Counted from the first letter of the stretch, positions 38,400 through 53,500 are shown. The stretch: DNA of 64,000 nucleotides from Octopus sinensis (GCF_006345805.1 NC_043023.1:13826001-13890000), one strand, 5' to 3'. The notes: generated by a model not told the origin, from the letters alone. Numbers and translations: made by a program.

Positions 38400-40115
38400 A
38401 TCTTCAATTGTAGAATCAACATTTGAATGTGGTCGTTGCCAGTGCCGCTGGACTGGCTCCCATGCAGGTAGCACGTAAAAACACCTTTGAGTGTGGTCAA
38501 TACCAGAACCACCTGACTGGCCCTCATGCTGGTGGCATGTAAAAGCACTCACTACTCTCTCGGAGTGGTTGGCATTAGGAAGGGCATCCGGCTGTAGAAA
38601 CTCTGCCAGATCAGATTGGGGCCAGGCTCAGCCTTCTGGTTCGCCAGTCCTCAGTCAAACCGTCTAACCCATGCCAGCATGGAAAGCGGACGTTAAACAA
38701 TGATGATGTGTGTGTAGTGTATATATGTGTGTGCACATGTGCATATATATGTACATGTGTGTGTATGTATATATATACATATATGATGTATGTGTGTATA
38801 TATATATATATATGTATATTTGTGTGTGTGTGTGTAGTGTATATATATATGCGTGTGTGTGCACGCGCAGTCATATATATATATATATATACTCTTTACT
38901 CTTTTACTTGTTTCAGTCATTTGACTGTGGCCATGCTGGAGCACCGCCTTTAGTCGAGCAAATCGACCCCAGGACTTATTCTTTGTAAGCCCAGTACTTA
39001 TTCTATCGGTCTCTTTTTGCCGAACCGTTAAGTGACGGGGACATAAACACACCCAAGATGCCACGCAGTGGGACTGAACCCGGAACCATGTGGTTGGTAA
39101 GCAAGCTACTTACCACACAGCCACTCCTGCCATATATATATATATGTGTGTGTATGTATGTCTATATATATATATATATATATGGTGCCACCCTCCGGTT
39201 TAGCAGTCCCAATCAAAGCGTCTAACCCATGCCAGCATGGAAAACAGACGTTAAAGGATTATTATTATTGGGGGGAAGCACTCTGTCGGTTACGACGACG
39301 AGGGTTCCGGTTGATCCGAATCAACGGAACAGCCTGCTCGTAAAATTGTCGTGTAAGTGGCTGAGCACTCCACAGACACGTGTACCCTTACCGTAGTCTC
39401 GGGGATATTAGCGTGACACAGAGAGTGACAAGGCCGTTTCCTTGAAATACAGTACAACAGAACAGGAAGTAAGAGTGAGAGAAAGTTGTGGTGAAAGAGT
39501 ACAGCAGGGATCACCACCATCCCCTGCTGGAGCTCGTGGGGCTTTAGTGTTTTCGCTCAATAACACTCACAACACGCCCGGTCTGGGGATCGAAACCACG
39601 ATCCTATGACCGCGAGTCCGCTGCCCTAACCACTGGGCCATTGCGCCTCCACGTTGTGTCTATATAGATAAATGGATAGAGCCACAAGTGTAACAAGGGA
39701 AATAAGAAACGTCTGCCAACCACGATTACTTCCCCTTAGTCTGTTTATTGCGCCTTTCATAAATTTCTTTTGGTCACGTCAACTCCTCGTCACCACCAGC
39801 GCCTCCTCAGCTGTCCCCTTCTCAGTTCAAATAATTCTTTTACTTGTTTCAGTCATTTGGAGCACCACCTTTTTAGTCTTACAAATCGACCCCAGGACTT
39901 ATTCTTTGTAAGCCTAGTACTTACTCTATTGGACTGTTTTGCCGAACCGCTAAGTTACGGAGACGTAAACACACCAGCATCGATTGTCAAGTGATCTTGG
40001 GGGACAAACACAGACAGACACACACACACACACAAACGATGGGCTTCTTTCAGTTTCCGTCTACCAAATCAACTCACAAGGCTTTGGTCGGCCTGAGGCT
40101 ATAGTATAAGACACT
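38400..40115. mobile_element. Mixed SINE cluster (families F, A, C, A)
   Basis: Diagnostic motifs of each family as described above, mostly on the minus strand. Confidence 0.8.
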
Positions 40116-40132
40116 TTCCCAAGGTGCCATGC

Positions 40133-40134
<2 letters not shown>

Positions 40135-40180
<46 letters not shown>

Positions 40181-40591
40181 GCCCTGATGCAGTACCAGAT
40201 ATTGGCTCTCGTGGATGACGATATGTGCATCTCTGATCACGAGCAGAAGTAGTGGGGGAGCATCATAGCCATGTGTTGAGAGGAATTCTTTGGGGTTTGA
40301 ATAATTCACCTCTGGAAACATGGGTGTTTCGTTCAACATCCTTAAGCAACCCTTATTCAGGGACCTTTTGAGCGGGATGGGTTACTCAACCAGAAGAAAA
40401 TTCTAACTGGGCCCCACCTGCAAGGTCATGTGTTGTTTATCTTGACATTAGATCACCTTGTCGCGCACATATGGTTGTGATGCATGTGCCTGGTGTACCT
40501 TTATCAGACGGGTAGTCATGATGGGTATATTGGGCTTCGTATATTTTACCCCAGTGTCACTTTGATGGCATGCACTGCTCTCTCACTCAAG

Positions 40592-40622
<31 letters not shown>

Positions 40623-40900
40623 GCCCTGATGCAGTACCAGGCAGTGGCTCCCATGGCTTCTGATCTTAACTGATTGGAAGTGTTATCACGTACATTGTTT
40701 TGTCTTGGTATAAAAAGATGGGCTACAGCAAATATTCTGCTCAATACCACAGATTTGCTTGTCAGTTGTTTGACCGTAACCAGTTGAGCATGTCCCTTAG
40801 TGGCTGACGATATGTGCATCTCTGATCATGAGCAGAAGTAGTGGGTGAGCATTATAGCCATGTGTTGAGAGGGATTCTTTGAGGTTTGGATAATTCACCT
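40135..40900 (-). mobile_element. Two adjacent copies of a (TTA)n-tailed interspersed repeat, probably LINE-derived
   Basis: (AAT)n-aaatgccctgatgcagtaccag at about 40175 and 40618; shared gatatgtgcatctctgatca block. Confidence 0.6.
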
Positions 40901-41301
40901 TTTGTCAAGTCACTTGCCGGACGTCGGAGGTTTGATGTGTTTATACCCAGGGAAGAAAGACGTCCAGACTACCGGAGAATGTAGAAGTAGGTTAAGTAAA
41001 GAAAGACAGCAATGAAAGCCCAAGGTATGGCACAATATACAAGATAAGACAAGAAAGATAGAAGATTGAACAGGAAAAGCATAAAGAGAAAAAAATGCAC
41101 AGACACATCAGGAGTCGTATAAATGAATTTATAATGTATGGGTGTGTGTGTGTGTGTTTATGTATGTATGTATGTATTTATTTATCTATCTATCTATCTA
41201 TCTCTGTCTGTGTCTGTCAATCCATCTGTCTGTCTGTCTGTCTTTTTGTCCGTCTGTTCATCTGCCTGTCCTTCTATCTGTCCGTCCGTCTGTCTGTCTG
41301 C

Positions 41302-41356
<55 letters not shown>

Positions 41357-41560
41357 CTCTATCTCTGTCTGTGTCTGTCTGTCTATCAATCTCTCTCTCT
41401 CTATCTCTGTCTGTCTGCCTGCCTGCCTGACTTTCTGTCTCTCTATCTATCCCTCCATCCATCCATCCATCCATCCATCTATCTGTCTGTCTGTCTGTCT
41501 ATCTATCTATCAATCTATCCATCCATCCATCTATCTATCTATCAATCTATCCATCCATCC

Positions 41561-41605
<45 letters not shown>

Positions 41606-41606
41606 C

Positions 41607-41668
<62 letters not shown>

Positions 41669-41705
41669 GTCTGTCTGTCTGTCTCTCTATCCATCCATCC
41701 ATCTA

Positions 41706-41741
<36 letters not shown>

Positions 41742-42331
41742 TCCATCCATCCATCCATCCATCTATCCATCTATCTCATCTATCTGTCTGTTTGTCTATA
41801 TGCTAATATGAAATGGTGAGAATAACTGCTCAGTACTGCATTTATGGATAAATATATTTTTTTAATTTGTAGGTTAACAAGGCTCTAAATGCTTTCAGGT
41901 AAAAAGATTCTTTAAAATTGTTGAAGCGTGCCACAGAGGAATGTTTGAACTCAGGTCCAATTTGGATGAGAATACAGGAGATGGTACGAGACTAAACAGG
42001 ATTTTAAAATAAATAAATACATATACATGGGAACATAAGGACATCTTGGTTCTTGTCTCTCTTGCACTAGTCTTGGATTTTTGCAAGAAATTGCCTTCAT
42101 CAAAGATTAATTTATTCCTTAATCAACTTAAATGAGAATGCTCGTGCACATCCATATTTTTCAATATATGAACATATAAACACATTTATATATACAAACA
42201 TACATACATATATATATGTATGTATAAATATGTGTTTATATGTTCATATATTGTTTATATATATATATATATATATATAACAATTTAATAAACAAAGCAT
42301 ATGCATACATACATACATATATGTACATACC

Positions 42332-42368
<37 letters not shown>

Positions 42369-42913
42369 GTACAGGACACCACAAATAGACGTAGAACACG
42401 ACGAGAAATGAAAACATAAACTCAAACAAGGAAACGGACTTTTTTTAACAACGAGAAAACAGCACAAGACAACATCACAAGGAACATTCCCCTTCTTCAG
42501 CTGCCCCTGTTTCGACTCAATGTGTGTTTCGAAGGTAAGGGCAGAACACAACTACATTGAAGCAGTCCTTCCCGCAAAGCGAATTAAATAAAATTTTTTT
42601 GCAGAGGGGTAAAAAAAAGGTGACAAGAACAGGACAGTAAAAGCAATACAAATAAAGAAAAAAAACAGTAAAAGACAGGACAAGGAGAAACCAACAATAA
42701 GGCCTTTTTTAAGCCTGGACGGTGGAAAAATTCATTAGAACACATTCTGAAGAACGGCTTATATATATCATCATCATCATCATTTAGCGTCCGTTTTCCA
42801 TGCTAGCATGGGTTGGGCGGTTCTACTGGGGTCTGTGAAGCCAGAAGGCTTCATCAGGCCCAGTCAAATCTGGCAGTGTTTCTACGGCTGGATGCCCTTC
42901 CTAACGCCACGTT

Positions 42914-42962
<49 letters not shown>

Positions 42963-43479
42963 AAAGTATATATATATATATACATACATACATACATACA
43001 TATGTATATATATATATATATATATACATACATACATACATACATATGTATATATATATATATATAACTCTCTTTTGATACTCTTACTTGTTTCAGTCAT
43101 CTGACGGCGGCCATGCTGGAGCACCGCCTTTAGTCGAGCAAATCGACCGCAAGACTTATTCTTTGTAAGCCTATCGGTCATTCTATCGGTCATGCTTGCC
43201 GAACTGCTAAGTTACGGGGACGTAAGCATACCAGCATCAGTTGTCAAGCAATGTAGGGGGGAAAAACACAAACACACACATATATATACATATACATACA
43301 TATATATATATATATATATACATATATACGACGGGCTTCTTTCAGTTTCTGTCTACCAAATCCACTCACAAGGCTTTGGTTGGCCTGAAGCTATAGTAGA
43401 AGACACTTGCCCAAGGTGCCACACAGTGGAGCTGAACCCAGAACCATGTGGTTGGTAAACAAGCTACTTACCACACAGC

Positions 43480-43760
43480 CACTCCTGCTGCTGCTGCTGA
43501 TGATGATGATGATAATGGTTGCTGATGGTGCTGGTGATAGTGATGATGATGTTGATGGCGACAACAATGATTACAACAATGCTGGTCATCATCATCATCA
43601 TCATCATCATGTTTATCATTTTCCACCACCACCACCATCACAGCCACCACCATGAGCACTACCACGACCTCCACCACCACCACCACTACCACCACCACCA
43701 CCACTACCATCACCACCACCACTACCACCACTACCACCACGACGACCACCACCATCACAG

Positions 43761-43794
<34 letters not shown>

Positions 43795-44000
43795 AACCAC
43801 CACCACCACCACCACCACCACCACCACCACCACCACTATGACCACCGCCACGACAATGACGACGACGACCACCATCACCACCACCCCCACCACCACCACT
43901 GCAATCGTTACCATGAATATCAACGTAATCACCATCACCACCGACCTTCTTCTCCTCTGCCTCATCATCATCATCAGCATCACTTTACCCCGTCCCCTCC
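43480..44000 (+). repeat. (GAT)/(CAT)/(CAC)n trinucleotide tract
   Basis: Direct periodicity. Confidence 0.9.
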
Positions 44001-44946
44001 TCCTCCCCGCACCGTAAGCCGAGATCAAGGACAAAAAGTTCTCTCCGCTTGTTGTTACGAAAAACAATACTTAATTAAATGCCGTTTCTTCATTATCGAT
44101 CAAGTCATTGATTACGCTCTCGCTCTCCACCCCCACCCCCTCCTCCACCTTGCCACCCTGCCACCCAACCCCGCCCCACCCCTCGCTGTCCACCCCTGTC
44201 TACCTTGTCATGTCGACTACCCTACGTCTGAGTTACATTGATCCTGTCAATATTTTGTTTTTAGCAACCTCTGGTAGTTCATACATACATCTGCATATAT
44301 ATATATCATCATCATCATCATCATCATTTAGCGTCCACTTTCCATGCTGGCATGGGTTGGACGGTTCAACTGGGGTCTGGGAAGCCAGAAGGCTGCACCA
44401 GGGGCCCAGTCTGATCTGGCAGTGATTCTACAGCTGGATGCCCTTCCTAACGCCAACCACTCCGTGAATGTAGTGGGTGCTTTTTACGTGCCACCCGCAC
44501 GATGGTGCTTTTACGTGCCACCGGCATGGGGGCCAGGCGAGGCTGGTAACGGCCACGAACGGATGGTGCTACATGCCACCGGCACGGGGGCCAGGCGAGG
44601 CTGGCAACGGATACGAACGGATAGTGCTTTTACGTGCCACCGGTACGGAGGCCGGTCGGGGTGGCCTATATATATATATCATCATATATATATATCATCA
44701 TATCTATATATATATATATAATATATATATGATATATATATATATATCATCATATATATATATATATATATATCATCATATATATATATCATCATCATAT
44801 ATATTATATATATATATATATATATAATTAATTAATAAGGGTGAGAGAATTAGATACTAATTTAATAGTATACCTATTCAACACCAAGTGGCCCAGTGCA
44901 CAAAGAAACCTGGATTATTATAACATTTTATACATTTTATACATAA

Positions 44947-45448
44947 TAAATATAAGAGAGTGGTCACTATGTGGCTCACTCTAGCACTAGTAATAGATCC
45001 AATAGGTTTCAACCACAAAAATACATGTTTCCCATGAAAGTCAGTACGATTGTTAGCTCACACGAACAGGGCAAATAAAAAATAACAAAAATACAGATTA
45101 TTTTGGGACAATTGTTTCGCTATTAATGAATTAAATGTAATTTTACTCACAATAACTCACTTGTAGCTCCTCAGTTATGGTAAAATCTGGCGTGTGATTG
45201 AGTGGATTTCATCCAGATAGTTTTGGCTGAGGAGCTACAAGTGAGTTATTGTGAGTAAAATTACATTTAATTCATTAATAGCGAAACAATTGTCCCAAAA
45301 TAATCTGTATTTTTGTTATTTTTTATTTGCCCTGTTCGTGTGAGCTAACAATCGTACTGACTTTCATGGGAAACATGTATTTTTGTGGTTGAAACCTATT
45401 GGATCTATTACTAGTGCTAGAGTGAGCCACATAGTGACCACTCTCTTA

Positions 45449-45454
<6 letters not shown>
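44947..45454. repeat. Near-perfect inverted repeat, about 228-bp arms with a 52-nt spacer
   Basis: 44947-45174 is the reverse complement of 45227-45454, with one indel seen. Confidence 0.95.
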
Positions 45455-45508
<54 letters not shown>

Positions 45509-45512
<4 letters not shown>

Positions 45513-45722
45513 CACACCACCAGTGTTATCCAAGGGAAAGGCAAAGGGGCCGATACAGCTTGGCACCTGTGACGTTGAACTCATTTCTACAGCCGAGTTA
45601 ACAGGAACAATGTGAAATAAAGTGTCTTGCTCAAGAACATAACACACATCCTGGTCCGAGGATCAAACTCACAACCTCACGATCGTAAGCTCGACGCTCT
45701 AACCACTGAGCCATGTACTTCA
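45509..45722 (-). mobile_element. tRNA-SINE with a D-like head and a different tail (family E)
   Basis: Reverse complement: catggctcagtggttagagcgtcgagcttacgatcgtgagg...cttgagcaagacactttatttcac...ggataacactggtgg. Confidence 0.75.
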
Positions 45723-45789
45723 CAATAATAATAATAATAACATCGAAAAATACCTTAGGAATGAGAACCCAGGTTCGAAATTTCCCCAA

Positions 45790-45835
45790 GACACCTGATG
45801 AAGGCTGGAGGGTATATCAACCGAAATGTTGTGTT
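45790..45835 (+). ncRNA. Minimal type-I hammerhead ribozyme motif in a Penelope-type terminal repeat (element about 45735-45892)
   Basis: GACAC-CUGAUGA-A-GGCUG-loop-CAACC-GAAA-UG-UU-GUGUU; stems I and II pair, with one mismatch in stem II. Confidence 0.65.
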
Positions 45836-45894
45836 AACAACAAACAAGATGAGGACAAATATCCGTCAAATGTAAATAATGTAAATAATATACA

Positions 45895-46570
45895 GTGTAT
45901 CTAGGACTACATTATCTAATGTATAGTAGTTAGTATTAGTGGCTAAAGTTGCTGTTGTTGTTTAGCCCCAGGTCAGTCCTGATCCAGACAGACCTATGAT
46001 CAAAGACGTTCCAACTGTGACCATCCCATCTTATATTCAGGCATAGTGTATCTAGGACTACATTATCTAATGTGTAGTATAGCAGTTAGTGTTAGTGGCT
46101 ATAGTTGTTGTTTAGCCCCAGGTCAGTCCTGATCCAGACAGACCTATGATCAAAGATGATCCAACTGTGACCATCCCATCTTATATTCAGGCATAGTGTA
46201 TCTAGGACTACATTATCTAATGTGTAGTATAGCAGTTAGTGTTAGTGGCTATAGTTGTTGTTATTTAGCCCCAGGTCAGACCTGATCCAGACAAGATGTT
46301 CCAGCTATGACCATCCCATCTTTTATATAGACTTAGTGTATCTAGGACTACATTATCTAATGTATAGTAGTTAATATTAGTGGCTATAGTTATTGTTGTT
46401 TAGCCCCAGGTCAGTCCTGATCAAGACAGACCTATGACCAAAGATGTTCCAGCTGTGACCATCCCATCTTTTATTCAGATCTAGTGTATCTAGGACTACA
46501 TTATCTAATGTATAGTAGTTAGTATTAGTGGCTATAGCTGTTGTTGTTGTTGTTTAGCCCTAGGTCAGTC
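45895..46570 (-). repeat. About 150-bp tandem repeat (5 units), reverse complement of the 18740-19160 family
   Basis: ctaggactacattatctaatg at 45901, 46052, 46203, 46341 and 46489. Confidence 0.9.
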
Positions 46571-46704
46571 TTGTTAACCCATTTGTTAACCAAACACAAC
46601 ATATCTTTGAATAATTCATCAAAAGTGTCCTAGGATGAGATTTGAGGCAGATTTGGCTTCTAATTCTTGCATATCAAGTACCATTGTAGAGGCTCCCTTA
46701 TCAG

Positions 46705-47100
46705 ATGGTTGAGGTGGTGGTGGTGCTAGTGTTGGCGGTGATGGTGGTGGTGATAGCAGTGGTGGTGTTGGTGTTGGTGGTGATGGTGGTGTTGGTGGTG
46801 ATGGTGGTGGTGGTCGTGATGGTGCTGGTGGTGATGGTGGTGGTGTTGGTGATGGTGGTGGTGGTGGTCGTGGTCGTGATGGTGTTGGTGGTGATGGTCG
46901 TGGTGGTAGTGCAGGTGGTGGTGGTGGAGGTGTTGGCAGTGGTGGTGGTTGTGGTGGTGATGATGATGGTATTGTTGTTGTTGTTGGTGGTGATGGAGGT
47001 GGTAGTAGTGCAGGTGGTGGTGGTGGTGTTGTAGCAGTGGACGTGTTGGCAGTGGTGGTGGTAGTGTAGGTGGTGGTAGTGGTGATGGTGGTGGTGATGG
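46705..47100 (+). repeat. (GGT)n-rich tract
   Basis: Direct periodicity. Confidence 0.9.
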
Positions 47101-47360
47101 TTCAGCTCATTTATAGAAACAGGACTTCACAAACCCCCTAACCACCACCGCTCTGTGCACTCTCCCATGTGGTGAGATAATAATCTTCCACCCTACTCTC
47201 TCACCCTCTTCCTCTTTCTTCTCCTCCTACTACTTTCTTCCTTCAAACCTTAACACATAACAGGGGAAAGGGGGGCGGAAGAGAGAGCCAGTGAGAAAGA
47301 GGGAGGGGAGAAAGAGAGAGAGGGAGAGATTAGACAGATATATATATATATATATCGATA

Positions 47361-47399
<39 letters not shown>

Positions 47400-47472
47400 A
47401 TATATATATATATATAATAATATATATATATATATATATATATAGATAGATAGATAGTAGATAGATAAGTAG

Positions 47473-47505
<33 letters not shown>

Positions 47506-47544
47506 GATGGATATATATATATATGTATATAGATATAGATAGAT

Positions 47545-47576
<32 letters not shown>

Positions 47577-48028
47577 CAACAGAGGACAGAGAGAGAGAGA
47601 GGCAGATAGACAGACAGACAGACAGATAGATAGATAGAGAGTGTGTGTGTATGAGAAAGAAAGAGAATATGAAATACAGAGGGAGGGAGTGAGATTGAGA
47701 GAAGGAGAAATAGAAACAGACAGAGAGAGGGAGAGTGGAAGAGAGAGATTAAGAGAGAGGGCGTGAGAAAGAAAGAGACGGAGAGAAAGGAAGAAAAAGA
47801 GAGATGTGTGGAGGAGAGAAAAGAGAGGAGGAAGAAGAGAAAGATAAGGATGGGGGGGACAAATATTGGGTGGGGGGTAGGAGTTTGGGGGTATGGGTGG
47901 GGTGGGGATGGCATTACATTCCGTCTTCACTCAAAGTCATCTACAGACTTATTCCTGTTTCCTCTTTCGGTTTTTTCCGACTCCTTCTTTCTCTCCTTCT
48001 TCATCACTTTGTCTTTCTGTGTCTGTCG

Positions 48029-48064
<36 letters not shown>

Positions 48065-48282
48065 CCCTCTTACATCATAATTAATCCCTCCGTCTCTTGT
48101 GCTGATGGTGGTGGCCATGGTGGTGGTTATAAGGATGGTGAAAATGTTAATGATGATGACGATGATGATGATGACGATGATGGTGGTGGTGATGATGATG
48201 GTGGTGGTGGTGGTGATGATGATGATGATGATGATGCTGATGATCACGATGGTGATGATGATGATGATGATGATAATGATGA

Positions 48283-48316
<34 letters not shown>

Positions 48317-48580
48317 GTTGATGTCGTCATCGTTGTTGTTCAAGATGTTTTCTTAAATTTAATCTACCACATAACAGCGGATGTGACATGTATATCACAT
48401 ATGCACACACAAACACAACAACATACATAGATATATATAATATATGTATATATATGTATGTATATATATATATATTATATATATATTATATATATATATA
48501 TATATAATATATATATATATACATACATACATATATATATCTACATATATATATAGATATATAATATATATATATATATA

Positions 48581-48618
<38 letters not shown>

Positions 48619-48849
48619 TATATATATATATACACACACACATATATATATATATACACACACACACTCAAACACACTGTTTTCATTGCCACTGCCAGCA
48701 TCATACACACACACATACACACGTACACGCAGCCAGTGTGTCAGCTTCAGTAAGATTACATCAGACACAGTGGCAGTCTTACCTGAACGCAACGGAAACT
48801 TAACGACAGGTGAGTTCATTTATATACATACATACATACATAAATATAT

Positions 48850-48938
<89 letters not shown>

Positions 48939-49019
48939 ATATATATATTCTTTTATTTGTTCCAGTCATTTGACTGTGGCCATGATGGAGCACCGCCTTT
49001 AGTCGAACAAATCGACCCC

Positions 49020-49500
49020 GGGACTTACTCTTTGCTAGCCTAGCACTTATTCTGTCGGTTGCCTTTTGCCGAATTGCTAACTTACGGGGACGTAAACACA
49101 CCAACATTGGTTGTCAAGCGATGGTCAGGGGACACAAACACTCACACACATATATGATGGGCTTCTTTCAGTTTCCGTCTACCAAATCCACTTACAAGCA
49201 AGGCTTTGGTCAGCCCGAGGCTATAGTAGAAGACACTTGCCCAAGGTGCCACGCAGTGGGACTGAACCCGGAACCATGTGGTTGGTGAGCAAGCTACTTA
49301 CCACACAGCCACTCCTACACCTATATATATATACAACGGGTTTCGTTCAGTTTCCGTCTACCAAATCCACTTACAAGCAAGGCTTTGGTCAGCCCGAGGC
49401 TATAGCAGAAGACACTAGCCCAAGATGCCACGCAGTGGGACTGAACCCGGAACCATGTGGTTGGTAAACAAGCTACTTACCACACAGCCACTCCTACGCC
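49020..49500 (-). mobile_element. SINE family A with a duplicated head
   Basis: Two consecutive head units ending accacacagccactcct. Confidence 0.85.
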
Positions 49501-49540
<40 letters not shown>

Positions 49541-49899
49541 TGCACATATAGATATACTTGTATATATATATATTTATGAATACACACACACTCATGTACA
49601 CACGCACACACAAATACATACATACATATATATATATGCATATACACACACACATATACATATGTATACATATATAAATACACATGTACACACACGCACG
49701 CATACACAACTGCACACACACACACACACACACATTCATACTCACCCAGTGTGCTTCACTACAGTTTTTGCAAATGAAATCCGCTGTCGAGGTCTTGGTC
49801 AGACTTGGGCTGTAGAGAGAAGAAACTTGCTCAAGGTGCTGCAGTGTGGCACTGAACTGGAAAGCACGTGGTTGAAAAGTACAAGCTTCTTACCCACAC

Positions 49900-50520
<621 letters not shown>

Positions 50521-53500
50521 TCAGACGACCACAAGTTATATGTGGTCGTCGATGGCAGAAGACCACGTTGTTACATATGCGGCAGTGAGCAACATCTCAA
50601 AAAAGACTGCAAAATCTGCCGCAAGAAAACAACAGCAACAACAACAGCAGCCGGAAACAAAAACAAATAAACAAGGTTTACTACCCACACCACTTTTTGC
50701 AGGAACAAACCTCACCAAACAAACCAACCACACCAACTGCAGCACCAAGAACAGAAGCAGCATCACCAACAACAACAACCAAGAATATACCAACTCCCAA
50801 ACCAAGGACATCTGCCAAAAGACACCCAGCATAAATGAAGAAACAATTACAACTCCAAATCCCCACAAATTGACACCCTAAACAACACAAACAATACCCA
50901 CAATCACTCAAACACAAAATACCCAAACCCACATCCAAACCGCATACACCACAACCAAACGCTCACAACCAACACAACAACAAACCAACCACAGTCGACA
51001 ATAGACCCCAATACTTTCCCTCTTCCAGACTTCCGATTCGTCTGATCTGTCATTAGACGAAGAAGACACGGAAGATTGGCAAATAGCCACAGGGGGGAGA
51101 AGAAAAAGGGAAAAAAAAGAAGAAAAGAACAAAAAACGGGAAGATAACAAGATCACCACTCCCGAAACAAACATCCACAGAAACACACACATCAACACAA
51201 ACACACCATCATCAAACCCCCCAAAAATGTTGACAGCCATAAACACAAACAACCACGACCTAATGGAACACATTAGGTCAACCACTAACATTACTGAAAA
51301 CGACATAAAACAAGTAACCACCCACACACAACACCACCACAACACATAAAATAATACACGTGACACAGAACACATACAGCACCCTGAAATCTCTTTACCC
51401 TGATGCAGTAGGGAGATTTCAAAAGTACTCATCAAAAAAACTGTACAAAAGCCTCATAGAAGAAGACCGTGAGTGAAAGACAAAGAACTTTCGAAAGACA
51501 AGTAACCTTTTCTCTCTCCTTTCCCTTTTTTGCACTTTTATCGGAACATGCTCAGAATAGGTAGTAAAATGTACGTGGCTTGGGTCGCCTTGGAAACAAG
51601 GCTACCTGTTAAATGACATCAAGTCACTAAATCTGAATATCATAGCCATCAGTGAGACCGACTCCACAGCTTGCGGGCACTCCAGCACATTTTCGGTAAC
51701 ACATTTCAAACATTTATTTTTCTCCGTGTCTACCGAGAATGGGCGGAGGTGGCACCGCGGTTGCTTATCCGGAAGAGTCTGGATCTCAAAGTAAGAGCAA
51801 ATTTCCTAGACCCGGAGGGTAGGCTGGTCGTTTTGGATGTCGATGGCAGCAATGAGTGTGCTTTTCGACTGATAGCAGTTTATGCTCCGTCCTTAACAGG
51901 AGGCCGACCAATTTTCTTCCGACGTCTAGAGTCTTTCATGGGAACGTCTCGTCCTTTACTTTTAGTGGGGGATTGGAATGCCACCCTGGACACGCATCTA
52001 GACTACGTGGGCAGAGATAGCAATAGAAGGGGATGCAAATGCCTCAAAGACCTGCTCAGCCGTTTCCAACTGTCTGACAGGTACCGACTGGACCACCCGA
52101 ATGTGCCAATGTGGACATGGAGTAACCGCATCGGGTCGTCCAGATCATACTTATATAGAGTATTCTGTAGGACAATAGATAAAAATAGTGTAGGTTGTCC
52201 ACAATTTCATATAGTCAGTTACACAGATCACAAGTTTGTGACTTGTACACTTGACTTAGATAAGACACATAGGCAGGGTCCTGGGTTACTGGAAACTGAA
52301 CGCGTCTTTTACAGCACGACAGGTTTACAGGGACCGGATCAGCACATTAGTTAAGAGAGCTTTGACGGGTACCATCATCAACAACAGATGGTGGTATGCC
52401 CTAAAAAAAGCGATTAAAGCAAAATCAGTCAGATACAGTAGAGCCCTAGCATTAGAACCGAAATAGAGTAGAGGGAGAATTAGTTAGGTTTTTAGAAGAG
52501 GCACTTAGACTGGCATCGCGTCCAACGTACTGGCGGCGAGATTGGCCCTCGACCAACACCTCAACGCCAAACACGAGGGATGCGTTTCAGAGCTAGGATG
52601 CGTGCTCTGAGGAACGAAGGAGTTGGAGCCGCCCAAGAGGCCGATGGTGGAGACGCAACGAGGCAACAGAGCCACCATCAAGTCTCTTATAGATGAACAG
52701 GGGCGCGAATTGCTCGAGCCTAAAAGGAGTGTGGGTTTTTCAACAACACTTCACCCAACTGTTTGGGACAAGTGGTGAGTCAGAAAGCAGAGTGGACTTT
52801 AGTGCCTACCTGCATGCCTTGCCACGACTCTCAGCAAGGGAGTGGAGTCTTGTGAAAAGCCTATCACAGCTGCGGACGTACAGGATGCGATGGTAGGCTG
52901 CGCGAGAGACAAGTCACCAGGCTTGGATGGTCTGCCCTACGAATTTTATTTTCATATGCCAGACTTGTTTGGAGGCGTCTTGGCAGCTGTCTACTGCAAC
53001 TGGCAGCAGAACGGGAGTATTCCTGCTTTTGTAAAGCGAGGAGCAGTGGCACTGATCAAGAAAGACCCAAACAAGGGGACGTCATAGATAATTTCAGGCC
53101 CATCACTCTGCTCAACGCAGATTTGAAAATCTTGGCCAAGGTGTTAGCCGAGAGGTTGGCGCTTGTCATCAAGAAACTAATCGACAAGGCGCAAACATGC
53201 GCCGTGCCGGGTAGAAGTATTCATGACAACCTCCATCTGATGCGCTACAACATCATAGACGGTAGTTAAAAATCCTGGCATGGGTGGGGCGCTGATCATT
53301 TGGATCAATCAAAGCCTTCGATAGGGTAGACCATCACTACTTGGAGGCTGTCCTCAAAGCGGCTGGTTTCGGTCCAGTTTTCCGCGGGTGGATCGCTGCC
53401 TTATACAGCGGCATCCGCTCAGTAGTTCGCGTAAATGGTCATCTATCCAGACCTTTTAACATCATGCGTTCGGTTCGTCAGGGATGCCCCCTCTCATCGC

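Noticed and set aside
42366-42760. Second hammerhead in a Penelope-like repeat (CUGAAGA and GAAAC motifs on minus)
   Set aside because: Stems I and III cannot be formed in any topology tried
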